Source: a virus. From it: 64,000 nt of DNA. Below the pieces are notes generated by a model. The model saw only the letters and a list, made by a program, of their open reading frames with translations. It made no database searches and was not told the DNA's origin. The translations under genes were made by a program, and so were the position numbers. The stretch spans positions 1 through 64,000 of the IMG/VR virus record IMGVR_UViG_3300046804_000816; one strand, written 5' to 3'. How positions within the stretch are numbered: the stretch's first letter is position 1; each line of letters starts with the position of its first letter. Of the stretch, positions 9,221 to 16,875 are shown in pieces.

Positions 9221-9945
9221 TCGAACCGATCCGCATATTCGTTGGAACATCGGCTAACAACGAAGACGCTGAAGCCGAAATGGTGCTGGAGTACACGCTC
9301 CGCAAGAACACGACGCATCCATTAGATATTACATGGATGCGTCAGACAAAAGACGAAGATAGTCCGTGGGGTGGATGGCAGACTCAACGCTGGTCCACTC
9401 CGTTCTCAGGCTTCCGTTGGGCTATTCCAGAGGTATGTGGTTATCATGGTCGCGCTATTTACATGGATGTTGATCAGCTTAATCTTCGTGATATTGCTGA
9501 TCTTTTTTCGGTGGATCTTAAAAATCATCCCTTGGCTGCTCGCCGCGGTGCTCGCTTTGGTGGCCACGAGTTTTGTGTTATCGTATTTGACAACGAACGT
9601 ATGGGTGATCTATTGATGCCCACTGCGCGCATGAAACCAAATCCAGATATCCATCATCGTTATATCGGTATGTTTTCTGGGTCTGATTATGTGCTAGACC
9701 TCGATCCGCGTTGGAATTGTCATGATGGAGACGGATTACCTATTGACAACATCTGGCACCTGCATTATACTAAGATGAGTACCCAGCCGTGGAGACCTGC
9801 TTGGTTCACAGGCAAAGGCGAAGAGCATCCGCGTCAAGATCTTGTCAAGTTATGGCACGATATGCGCGCAGAAGCAGTTCTCAATGGATACACGCCGCAA
9901 CTCAGTAACGAAACTTTTGGCGAGTATAATATCATAGGTCAATGA
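9217..9945 (+). CDS. GT-A glycosyltransferase (GT8-like)
   Basis: TPFSGFRWAIP...GRAIYMDVD (DxD), WN, HYT..TQPW motifs. Confidence 0.8.
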   Translation: MIEPIRIFVGTSANNEDAEAEMVLEYTLRKNTTHPLDITWMRQTKDEDSPWGGWQTQRWSTPFSGFRWAIPEVCGYHGRAIYMDVDQLNLRDIADLFSVDLKNHPLAARRGARFGGHEFCVIVFDNERMGDLLMPTARMKPNPDIHHRYIGMFSGSDYVLDLDPRWNCHDGDGLPIDNIWHLHYTKMSTQPWRPAWFTGKGEEHPRQDLVKLWHDMRAEAVLNGYTPQLSNETFGEYNIIGQ

Positions 9946-9946
9946 T

Positions 9947-10663
9947 ATGAAATTGTTTACATCATGTGATTCTGTCTATCTTCGCCTACATGCGCCCGCG
10001 CTCGTAGCTTCTGCTGCTTGCAACGACAACTCTATCCACGTCAACGTATGCAATGCGGAAGCGGATGATAGAGAATTCCTAGATAATCTTAGTTCTGAGT
10101 ATAATAAGCTCGCGGGCTGGCCAGGTAGTGAGTTCTCCTGGAGCATGAGCACTCCATTTGCTGAATCGAATACAAAAGAAGAACGCAGAACTGTTTATGC
10201 GTGCGACAGATTCCTTTCCGCGATTCCTGTCTTAGAAAATCATAAAGAAGATCTTCTTATCATTGATACAGATTGTCTGATCATGAAACATATCTATGAT
10301 ATTGAAGAATATCAAGTTGGTCTGTTCTTACGGGATCCGCTTCCAGGAACGCAGGGATGGGAAAACGCTGGCAGTCGTGTGGCTGCGGGCGCTGTGTTTG
10401 TTTCACACGACGCAGTTCCATTCCTCGAAACAGTGGCTCAACGTATAAAGCAAGGACCGCTTGCGTGGTTTCTGGATCAAGTGGCTATCAATGAAGCATA
10501 TCAAAATCATATAAAAGACTATCACTATAAGTATTTCAATTCGCAGTTCATGGACTGGGAATTTATTGAAGGAACGACGATCTGGACTGGTAAAGGTCCG
10601 CGTAAGTATGATAATCCAACATATGTGTCCAAGAAGAACGAGTTCGATAGGATGATTCGATGA
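9947..10663 (+). CDS. putative nucleotide-diphospho-sugar transferase (GT-A)
   Basis: IIDTD (DxD), AAGAVF, WFLDQ.A and IWTGKG motifs. Confidence 0.65.
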   Translation: MKLFTSCDSVYLRLHAPALVASAACNDNSIHVNVCNAEADDREFLDNLSSEYNKLAGWPGSEFSWSMSTPFAESNTKEERRTVYACDRFLSAIPVLENHKEDLLIIDTDCLIMKHIYDIEEYQVGLFLRDPLPGTQGWENAGSRVAAGAVFVSHDAVPFLETVAQRIKQGPLAWFLDQVAINEAYQNHIKDYHYKYFNSQFMDWEFIEGTTIWTGKGPRKYDNPTYVSKKNEFDRMIR

Positions 10664-11619
10664 GAAAGATTCTGATTATGTTTCCCAGGCTTGATGTGAC
10701 ATTCAAGCAAGGACCTGTTACTGCACAGCGCGGTCCCATCCCGCCGATTCGTATTCATTGGCAAAACATGGGAAATATGCTTTTGAATTATCATCGAATC
10801 AAAGGCGACGATGTAAAGTTCATAGAAAAGCCACTGTGGCAGTTTACTCCCGAGGAAGCAGAGCGTTCCGATGCGGATATTGTTTATGTCCCACACAAGT
10901 CGCTCGAGACGTTTCCTGTTCGCGACAAGATCGTTCGCTACTATATGCAATCTGTGTTTCCGTGGCAGTTCTATATCGACTCTAAAGGATTCGCAGGCGG
11001 AGCTTCGTGTTATCCGTTTTTGTTCGATAAGAATAGAATCGTTCCTCCTGGCAGTTTCTACGCACAGATGCAAGCTCGCGCAGCGACAGGAGGAAGTAAA
11101 TTCGATCAGCCGCCTAAGAAGAATCTGAGTCTACCTGACGATTTTGTATTCTTTCCTTGTCAGATTCCGCACGATGAAACTATTAGATTTCATTCGGACG
11201 TTACAGTCGAACAAGCTCTCGAAGCGACTTGCAAAGCGACAGAACAGCTAAATATCCCGCTGTATGTAAAAGGGCATCCCGTGAATCCCATGAGTATGGT
11301 AGATCTCATGTCGATTGCCGCTAAATACAGACACACAAGATGGATCGACGATGTAAGCATACACGAGATTATTCCTCGCGCGCGAGCAGTCGTAGTTGTG
11401 AACTCTGGAACTGGTATGGAAACACTGCTACATAAAGTGCCAGTTGTCACGTTCGGGCGTTGTGAGTATGATTGTGTGAGTAATAGGGCTACGACTGATA
11501 CCATCGTCGATATCCTCAAGGATCCTAAGTTCGACGAGAAAGAGGTACGAGCATTTTTTGAGTCGTGGTACGAATGGACCTACGACACGAGAAGTATCAA
11601 ATCTTTCGAAGGACTATAG
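10660..11619 (+). CDS. capsule polysaccharide biosynthesis protein (KpsS/KpsC-like, beta-Kdo transferase-like)
   Basis: FFPCQIPHD, VKGHP and VVVNSGTGMETLLHKVPVVTFG motifs. Confidence 0.75.
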   Translation: MRKILIMFPRLDVTFKQGPVTAQRGPIPPIRIHWQNMGNMLLNYHRIKGDDVKFIEKPLWQFTPEEAERSDADIVYVPHKSLETFPVRDKIVRYYMQSVFPWQFYIDSKGFAGGASCYPFLFDKNRIVPPGSFYAQMQARAATGGSKFDQPPKKNLSLPDDFVFFPCQIPHDETIRFHSDVTVEQALEATCKATEQLNIPLYVKGHPVNPMSMVDLMSIAAKYRHTRWIDDVSIHEIIPRARAVVVVNSGTGMETLLHKVPVVTFGRCEYDCVSNRATTDTIVDILKDPKFDEKEVRAFFESWYEWTYDTRSIKSFEGL

Positions 11620-11628
11620 GAGAAACAA

Positions 11629-11994
11629 ATGTCATATTGGGGCTATCATCTCATTCTGGATTGCGCAGAACTTGACAACGCAGCAATTACCAGCTATGAT
11701 ACTATTTACAACTTCACCAAGCGGCTTGTCAAAGATATCGACATGGTAGCATATGGCGAGCCGCAGATCGTAAACTTCGGTTCTGGTAACAAGGCTGGAT
11801 ACACTCTCGTCCAGCTGATTGAGACCAGCAATATCTGCGCTCACTTCGTACCTGATGATGGTATGGGTGGAAACGCAATGTATCTCGATGTGTTCTCTTG
11901 CAAGGAGTACGACGATCAAGTGGTCATCGCTCTTGTCAAGGAATACTTTGGTGCTAAGTATGTTCGACCAAACTATTTGACTAGACAGGCCTAA
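11629..11994 (+). CDS. speD: S-adenosylmethionine decarboxylase proenzyme
   Basis: GYHLILD, GYTLVQLIETSNICAHF and YLDVFSCK motifs. Confidence 0.88.
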   Translation: MSYWGYHLILDCAELDNAAITSYDTIYNFTKRLVKDIDMVAYGEPQIVNFGSGNKAGYTLVQLIETSNICAHFVPDDGMGGNAMYLDVFSCKEYDDQVVIALVKEYFGAKYVRPNYLTRQA

Positions 11995-12004
11995 GGAGGA
12001 TATT

Positions 12005-12583
12005 ATGGAATATGATGAGTGGTTGAGAATCCAGCACGAAGCAGCTAGTATTAATCGTGTTGGCACAATCGTTCCTGCGGTAGTATTCAAGACTCGCGTG
12101 CGCGACGACTCTATCGAAGGTCCGAATCCTTATCGCTGGCAAGATGTGAACAGCTATGATTACTTTGGTGGCAAGCGCGTGATTGTATTCTCGCTTCCTG
12201 GGGCTTTTACTCCGACTTGTTCGACGTTTCAGCTGCCTGGATTCGAGAACAACTATCGCGCGTTCAAGGATCGCGGTATCGACGATATTTACTGTATCTC
12301 AGTGAATGATGCGTTTACGATGAATGCTTGGGCTAAGTCTCAAAACATTCAGAATGTCAAGTTAATCCCCGACGGAAACTGCTCATTTACGAGCAAGCTC
12401 GGTATGACTGTTTCGAAGGAAAATCTGGGATTCGGCGATCGTTCCTGGCGCTATGCTATGATCGTCAATAACGGCGTCATTGAAGCGTGGTTTGAGGAGC
12501 CAGGATTTAGTCATAACTGCGACACTGATCCATACGGAGAGACGTCTCCAGAAAACGTCTTGGAGTGGCTTGACAGAAACTAA
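12005..12583 (+). CDS. peroxiredoxin (Prx5/redoxin type)
   Basis: LPGAFTPTCS..QLP, SVND.F.MNAW and RSWRYAM motifs. Confidence 0.92.
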   Translation: MEYDEWLRIQHEAASINRVGTIVPAVVFKTRVRDDSIEGPNPYRWQDVNSYDYFGGKRVIVFSLPGAFTPTCSTFQLPGFENNYRAFKDRGIDDIYCISVNDAFTMNAWAKSQNIQNVKLIPDGNCSFTSKLGMTVSKENLGFGDRSWRYAMIVNNGVIEAWFEEPGFSHNCDTDPYGETSPENVLEWLDRN

Positions 12584-12591
12584 TTCAAATC

Positions 12592-12666
12592 GCGGCGGTA
12601 ACTCAGTGGTAGAGTCACAGTCTTCCAAACTGTTGGTCGCGGGTTCGATTCCCGCTCGCCGCTCCA
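12592..12666 (+). tRNA. tRNA-Gly(TCC)
   Basis: Cloverleaf; anticodon arm ACAGT-CTTCCAA-ACTGT; U73; encoded CCA. Confidence 0.93.
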
Positions 12667-12686
12667 AATATCGCGAAGGACTAAAT

Positions 12687-12770
12687 ATGTTATTCGCGAT
12701 AGGCTTCCTTCTTTGGATGCCATTGACTGTAGGACTCGTCCTATTTCTATATAATGTTATCATCAATTAA
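12687..12770 (+). CDS. 27-aa hydrophobic peptide
   Basis: AAGGA SD; MLFAIGFLLWMPLTVGLVLFLYNVIIN. Confidence 0.4.
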   Translation: MLFAIGFLLWMPLTVGLVLFLYNVIIN

Positions 12771-12779
12771 GGAGAACAT

Positions 12780-13295
12780 ATGAGAAATACACTCGCTGCA
12801 CTCGCAGTGGTTCTTGGTGCGACTAGCGCCGTAGCCGCTGACCTTCCAGGAAAGAGTGCTCCCGCTGCACCAGCGCCTATCTTTACTTCAAAGGCATACT
12901 ATGCCGGAGTGAATGCTGGTGGAGTTGTCACTGATGGAATCAATACGGATGCACCTTGGACCTTTGGCGTTGTTGGTGGCTACAATGTCATCAGCCTCGG
13001 ACCTATTGGTGTAGCCGCTGAAGGTACCTATGACTATAAGAAGGGCGGAACGAACGACGTGGCTGGCAATGTAGTCAGCGGATATAAGTTCGGCTCGTTC
13101 ACACCATACGCTCTCGTTGGTGTCGGCTATCGTTGGGCTGATGTCAAGAACGAAGCAATCTGGAACGTCGGTGGCGGTCTGAAGTTCTCGCTGACTTCAT
13201 CGCTCGATCTCGACGCTCGCTATCGTCGTGTTGATAACTTCGACCGTAAGGCTGGCGAAGATCGCGCAACGGTTGGTGTGAACTACAAGTTCTGA
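12780..13295 (+). CDS. outer-membrane beta-barrel protein (Omp25/RopB family)
   Basis: Signal peptide followed by AADLP.K.AP.AP motif, amphipathic beta strands and C-terminal VGVNYKF. Confidence 0.88.
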   Translation: MRNTLAALAVVLGATSAVAADLPGKSAPAAPAPIFTSKAYYAGVNAGGVVTDGINTDAPWTFGVVGGYNVISLGPIGVAAEGTYDYKKGGTNDVAGNVVSGYKFGSFTPYALVGVGYRWADVKNEAIWNVGGGLKFSLTSSLDLDARYRRVDNFDRKAGEDRATVGVNYKF

Positions 13296-13301
13296 TGGTT
13301 G

Positions 13302-13333
13302 GAGTCGCGTATATAATCGCGGCTCTTTTATTT
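13302..13333 (+). terminator. intrinsic terminator
   Basis: GAGTCGCG/CGCGGCTC stem followed by a T-rich tail. Confidence 0.6.
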
Positions 13334-13336
13334 CTA

Positions 13337-13385
13337 GCGACTGGGTCAATGCTCTGGTGGGCGTTTGGCCCAGTCGTTTTTCTTT
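13337..13385 (+). terminator. second intrinsic terminator
   Basis: GCGACTGGGTCAA/TTGGCCCAGTCGT stem followed by TTTTCTTT. Confidence 0.7.
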
Positions 13386-13493
13386 ATGGGATGCCACTAT
13401 GCGGCTAGATTATAAAACGGCTAATCTTAGGTCCTAAAACTAGCCGGTTTGAAACGTAACAAAATCTGTTACGATCGTAACGAAAATAAGGCC

Positions 13494-13522
13494 TTGACAA
13501 TCCCACCCCAACCCTATACATT
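13494..13522 (+). promoter_or_regulatory. early sigma70-type promoter
   Basis: CCTTGACA-N17-TACATT. Confidence 0.7.
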
Positions 13523-13626
13523 TAGGACTATAGGGGATCCGCCCCTATAGCGTAGCTTTAGCTTATAGTTAAGCCGTAGCTTATAGCTTAGTTAAAGCCC
13601 GCTTAATCGTAACCGTAGGGGTTAAC

Positions 13627-13773
13627 ATGACCTTAGCTTATATTTACGCCACCTTCCAAGGTCTAGCTTCAGTAACCGACAAAATCGCGTACCTTCGTGA
13701 GCTTGAGCGTATGGGTTTGCCGTACGACCTTAACTATAGCCGCTTAATCGCTGCTTGGGAAGCTCAGGCTTAA
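13627..13773 (+). CDS. 48-aa early hypothetical protein (not in ORF track)
   Basis: AGGGG SD; MTLAYIYATFQGLASVTDKIAYLRELERMGLPYDLNYSRLIAAWEAQA. Confidence 0.6.
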   Translation: MTLAYIYATFQGLASVTDKIAYLRELERMGLPYDLNYSRLIAAWEAQA

Positions 13774-13798
13774 CCATAAAATAATTCGATTAGGGGCC

Positions 13799-13827
13799 TT
13801 GACAATCAGCCCCTAATCGCGTACAAT
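13799..13827 (+). promoter_or_regulatory. early sigma70-type promoter inside an 11-bp inverted repeat
   Basis: TTGACA-N17-TACAAT. Confidence 0.8.
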
Positions 13828-13856
13828 AAGAATATAGGGTGAATTGAGAGGATTCC

Positions 13857-13961
13857 ATGAGTACCAGTGATATCGCCATTCTTATAGCTCCGCTCGCGTT
13901 CCTTTGGATCGTGATGATCGTGGGCTTCACTGTAGCTCATATTCTCGATAATCGCCCTTGA
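13857..13961 (+). CDS. 34-aa single-TM early peptide (not in ORF track)
   Basis: GAGG SD; MSTSDIAILIAPLAFLWIVMIVGFTVAHILDNRP. Confidence 0.55.
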   Translation: MSTSDIAILIAPLAFLWIVMIVGFTVAHILDNRP

Positions 13962-13986
13962 CAACCGCGGGGCGACCCGCTAGAAT
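13958..13986 (+). promoter_or_regulatory. early sigma70-type promoter
   Basis: TTGACA-N17-TAGAAT. Confidence 0.8.
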
Positions 13987-14019
13987 CAATAATGTGACCA
14001 CCAACGAAAGGTTTATACT

Positions 14020-14583
14020 ATGAAAGCCCAGTATGTCATCGATCTTCTCAAGAATAACAAGAATCGCTTCACCGCGAAGCAGCTTGAGTCTGCTACCGGT
14101 ACGCCCCGCCGCGCTCGTCGCGCGCTGTTCCTTGCCCGCAAGGCTGGCGTAGTCCTCGAAGCGATCCGCGACGGCGGCAAGGCCGTTATCGCGTACCAGC
14201 TCCAGGGTGCGATCTCGCAGAGCGCGCTCGCCGCTGCTACCGCCGCTCCAGCCCGTAAGGCTTCCAAGGCCAAGACTCCCAAGGCTGCGGCTAAGGCTAA
14301 GAAGGTTATCAGCAAAGAAGTCGCCGCGATCGTTGCTAAGAACAAGGCTCCGTCCAAGTCGACTGAAGAAGTCGACGCGGTCAAGGCCAAGAATCTGGCT
14401 ACGATGAAGGAAGTGACCAAGCGCGAGAAGACGGCCCTTGACAAGATCAAGGAAGATACCCGCGCAGAATTCGATGCGCTCGAGGCGGAGTGGGAAGCGG
14501 AAGAAGCCGCTCGGGCTGAACAGCTCGCCGCTCGCGTTGCGGTCGCTGAGAATCTTCCCCGCGCGAACGTTCTCGCTGACTGA
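14020..14583 (+). CDS. early basic DNA-binding-like protein (wHTH-like N-terminus, Ala/Lys-rich linker)
   Basis: FTAKQLESATG.PRRARRALFLAR is HTH-like; KASKAKTPKAAAKAKK is histone H1-like. Confidence 0.55.
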   Translation: MKAQYVIDLLKNNKNRFTAKQLESATGTPRRARRALFLARKAGVVLEAIRDGGKAVIAYQLQGAISQSALAAATAAPARKASKAKTPKAAAKAKKVISKEVAAIVAKNKAPSKSTEEVDAVKAKNLATMKEVTKREKTALDKIKEDTRAEFDALEAEWEAEEAARAEQLAARVAVAENLPRANVLAD

Positions 14584-14609
14584 TTCTTAGCTTAACAGTA
14601 CCACGGGCC

Positions 14610-14638
14610 TTGACAATCCAGTCATCCCGTGGTATCAT
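14610..14638 (+). promoter_or_regulatory. early sigma70-type promoter inside a 9-bp inverted repeat
   Basis: TTGACA-N17-TATCAT with extended -10 TG. Confidence 0.8.
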
Positions 14639-14662
14639 TAAGCCAAGATGAAAGGTTTCGCT

Positions 14663-15304
14663 ATGATCAAGTTGTCCAAGGCTTCCAAGATGCCGGCTAA
14701 GTCCTGGTCGCTCCAGGCCCGTGCTACCTGCCCTGGTTCTATCGACAAGGCTACCAAGTTGCCCGTTGCTGTTTGCGCCGGTTGTTATGCGAACGAAGGC
14801 TTCTATATGATGCCCGACGCGATCAAAGTCCGCGAGCACAATCGCGAAGACTGGAAGCGAGCAGAATGGGTCGATGATATGGTCAAAGAGTTGAAGCGGC
14901 AGAAGTTCTTCCGCTGGTTTGATTCTGGCGACGTATATCACCCCGCGCTCGCGTTCAAGATCTTTTTGGTTATGCAGAAGACGTCGCATGTCAAGCATTG
15001 GCTTCCTACCAAGTCTTACAAGGTACCGCGTATCCGCGCGATCCTGGAGCGTATGAAGACTCTTGACAATGTGTCCGTCCGCTATTCGTCAGATTCTATG
15101 ACTGGCGAGTTCGAGGCGGATCACGGCTCGACGGTTATCCCGTTCGCTGATAGCGAGACGAGCGCGACTAAGGTTTGCGATGCGTATGAGCGCTCTGGCA
15201 AATGTGGCGACTGCCGCGCCTGCTGGAACAAGGAAGTCGCTGTTGTTGCGTATCCGGCCCACGGTCGTCGTATGGGTCGTATGGTGAAGGACTTGGCTGC
15301 ATGA
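14663..15304 (+). CDS. GP88-like (radical SAM-like Fe-S) phage protein
   Basis: TCPGS...VCAGCYA, FRWFDSGD, HWLPT and KCGDCRACW motifs. Confidence 0.75.
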   Translation: MIKLSKASKMPAKSWSLQARATCPGSIDKATKLPVAVCAGCYANEGFYMMPDAIKVREHNREDWKRAEWVDDMVKELKRQKFFRWFDSGDVYHPALAFKIFLVMQKTSHVKHWLPTKSYKVPRIRAILERMKTLDNVSVRYSSDSMTGEFEADHGSTVIPFADSETSATKVCDAYERSGKCGDCRACWNKEVAVVAYPAHGRRMGRMVKDLAA

Positions 15305-15426
15305 GAAAGAATCATATAGCGAAGGATCTTCGCACACCTAAATATCGTATGCGCGTCGTGCGATCTCGCAAGGCGTACAAAAGAAAAGGTCGCGTAGCTC
15401 AGCTGGATAGAGCATCAGACTTCTAA
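15301..15426 (+). CDS. ArfA-like (alternative ribosome rescue factor A-like) peptide whose ORF runs into tRNA-Arg
   Basis: MRKNHIAKDLRTPKYRMRVVRSRKAYKRK matches the ArfA core N-x-I-x3-L-x2-P-x-[FY]-R-x-R-V...Y-x-R-K; ATGA-coupled to the upstream gene. Confidence 0.55.
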   Translation: MRKNHIAKDLRTPKYRMRVVRSRKAYKRKGRVAQLDRASDF

Positions 15427-15464
15427 TCTGAGGGTCGATGGTTCGAATCCATCCGCGATCGCCA
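15388..15464 (+). tRNA. tRNA-Arg(TCT)
   Basis: Cloverleaf; TCAGA-CTTCTAA-TCTGA; CCA. Confidence 0.95.
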
Positions 15465-15477
15465 TTAGGAGAGTAAC

Positions 15478-15768
15478 ATGAAAGTCGTAGCATTAGCCGC
15501 CGTCGCCATGATTGCATTGACTTCCACCGCAGAAGCGCAGTATCGTCGCGATCATCGCCATGGCTACCGCGCGCCAGCGCCGCACTATCATGTCGCGCCT
15601 CGCCGCAACAACTGGGTGCCATACGCCGTCGGTGGACTTGCGCTCGGCGCTCTTGGTGCTGGTGCATACTATTACAATCGTCAGCCCGTATGTTGGGATG
15701 AACCAGTTTACAACTACGACAGATACAATCGCCCTCGCTTGATGGGATACGAAAGAATCTGCCAATAA
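15478..15768 (+). CDS. secreted protein resembling rhizobial BA14K-like proteins
   Basis: Signal peptide, Arg/His-rich stretch and GGLALGALGAG glycine zipper. Confidence 0.55.
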   Translation: MKVVALAAVAMIALTSTAEAQYRRDHRHGYRAPAPHYHVAPRRNNWVPYAVGGLALGALGAGAYYYNRQPVCWDEPVYNYDRYNRPRLMGYERICQ

Positions 15769-16137
15769 ATGGAGATGAGTGTGACCAAGATAGTATATAA
15801 TGCTTGCTACGGTGGCTTTGGTCTTTCACATAAAGCGATCCGTCGTTATGCAGAACTGGCTGGATATACGGTTCAAGAAGTCGTCTACGAAGGTATGCAG
15901 GATAGAACATATCTTGACATTATAGATAAGAACGGCGAACAAATGTGGGATAGCGATATCAAGCGCGATGATCCGTTCCTCGTTCAAGTCGTAGAAGAAC
16001 TTGGCAAAGAAGCGAGCCATGATGGAGCTGATTTGCGTATCGAGGATCTTCCTTCTGGGACTAAATATCGAATCGAAGAATACGATGGATATGAAACCAT
16101 CGAAACAATAGACGATATTAGATGGAGTATAGCATGA
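15769..16137 (+). CDS. conserved phage hypothetical protein
   Basis: KIVYNACYGGFGLS...RDDP.LVQVVEELG...IEEYDG.E motif. Confidence 0.75.
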   Translation: MEMSVTKIVYNACYGGFGLSHKAIRRYAELAGYTVQEVVYEGMQDRTYLDIIDKNGEQMWDSDIKRDDPFLVQVVEELGKEASHDGADLRIEDLPSGTKYRIEEYDGYETIETIDDIRWSIA

Positions 16138-16364
16138 AGAAGATCTTGATTGTTTCGGGAATTGGTCTTGCGTTGGCTGGATGTAGTGCAACAACGACTA
16201 CGGTGTACACTCGTCCAGTTCCTGCGGTTGCGGTTCATCATCCGCTTCCATCCGCGTATCCTGGCGCGCCATATCCGTATCGTCGGCCGCCTGTGCATTG
16301 CTATAGTACATGGGATCGCACGCCGTATGGTATGCGCGAGCGTCGTATCTGCCAACGTTGGTAG
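16134..16364 (+). CDS. small Pro-rich lipoprotein
   Basis: MKK..LALAGC lipobox. Confidence 0.6.
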   Translation: MKKILIVSGIGLALAGCSATTTTVYTRPVPAVAVHHPLPSAYPGAPYPYRRPPVHCYSTWDRTPYGMRERRICQRW

Positions 16365-16373
16365 AATAAGTTT

Positions 16374-16450
16374 CCGTGTGTAGCGCAGTCTGGTAGCGCA
16401 CGTGCTTTGGGAGCATGGGGTCGGGAGTTCGAATCTCTCCACACGGACCA
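16374..16450 (+). tRNA. tRNA-Pro(TGG)
   Basis: Cloverleaf; CGTGC-TTTGGGA-GCATG; CCA. Confidence 0.95.
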
Positions 16451-16548
16451 CTAAATATCCTTCTCTTCGCCTCTCGAGAGATAGAGCCTGGAATAGGCAG
16501 GATGGGGTACTATAGTCCCAAGAGTGGCCCTTTATATGAAAGATAAAT

Positions 16549-16875
16549 ATGTTAAGAGCGTTCATCATCTCTGCGACTGTTCTGTTCGCAACTCCCGCCC
16601 TTTCTAAGGGAGAGATGAACGCGACTTGGTATCAATGCTGCAAACGAACAGCCAACGGCGAGAAGTTTGATCCTAATGGTATGACAGCCGCGCATAGAAC
16701 GTATCCATTTGGTACTATGTTGCGCGTCACACACAAGGATAAGTCCGTTGTTGTTCGTATAAATGATAGAGGACCGTTTAGAAAAGGATATCAGTTAGAC
16801 TTGGCTCGAGGTGCTGCATTTGCCATTGGATGTCGTAGTTCGTGCAAAGTGAAATATGAAATTATTCCGCGATAG
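16549..16875 (+). CDS. RlpA-like double-psi beta-barrel lytic transglycosylase
   Basis: ATWY, TANGEKFD..MTAAHRT.PFGT, VVRINDRGP and LDLARGAA motifs. Confidence 0.88.
   Translation: MLRAFIISATVLFATPALSKGEMNATWYQCCKRTANGEKFDPNGMTAAHRTYPFGTMLRVTHKDKSVVVRINDRGPFRKGYQLDLARGAAFAIGCRSSCKVKYEIIPR

Noticed and set aside
12480-12770. 96-aa ORF in the track spanning tRNA-Gly
   Set aside because: It overlaps the peroxiredoxin end and a clear tRNA; only the last 27 codons have an SD.
14447-14998. Long minus-strand ORFs in the early region (also 18224-18964, 26794-27588 and similar)
   Set aside because: Antisense shadows of well-supported plus-strand genes.
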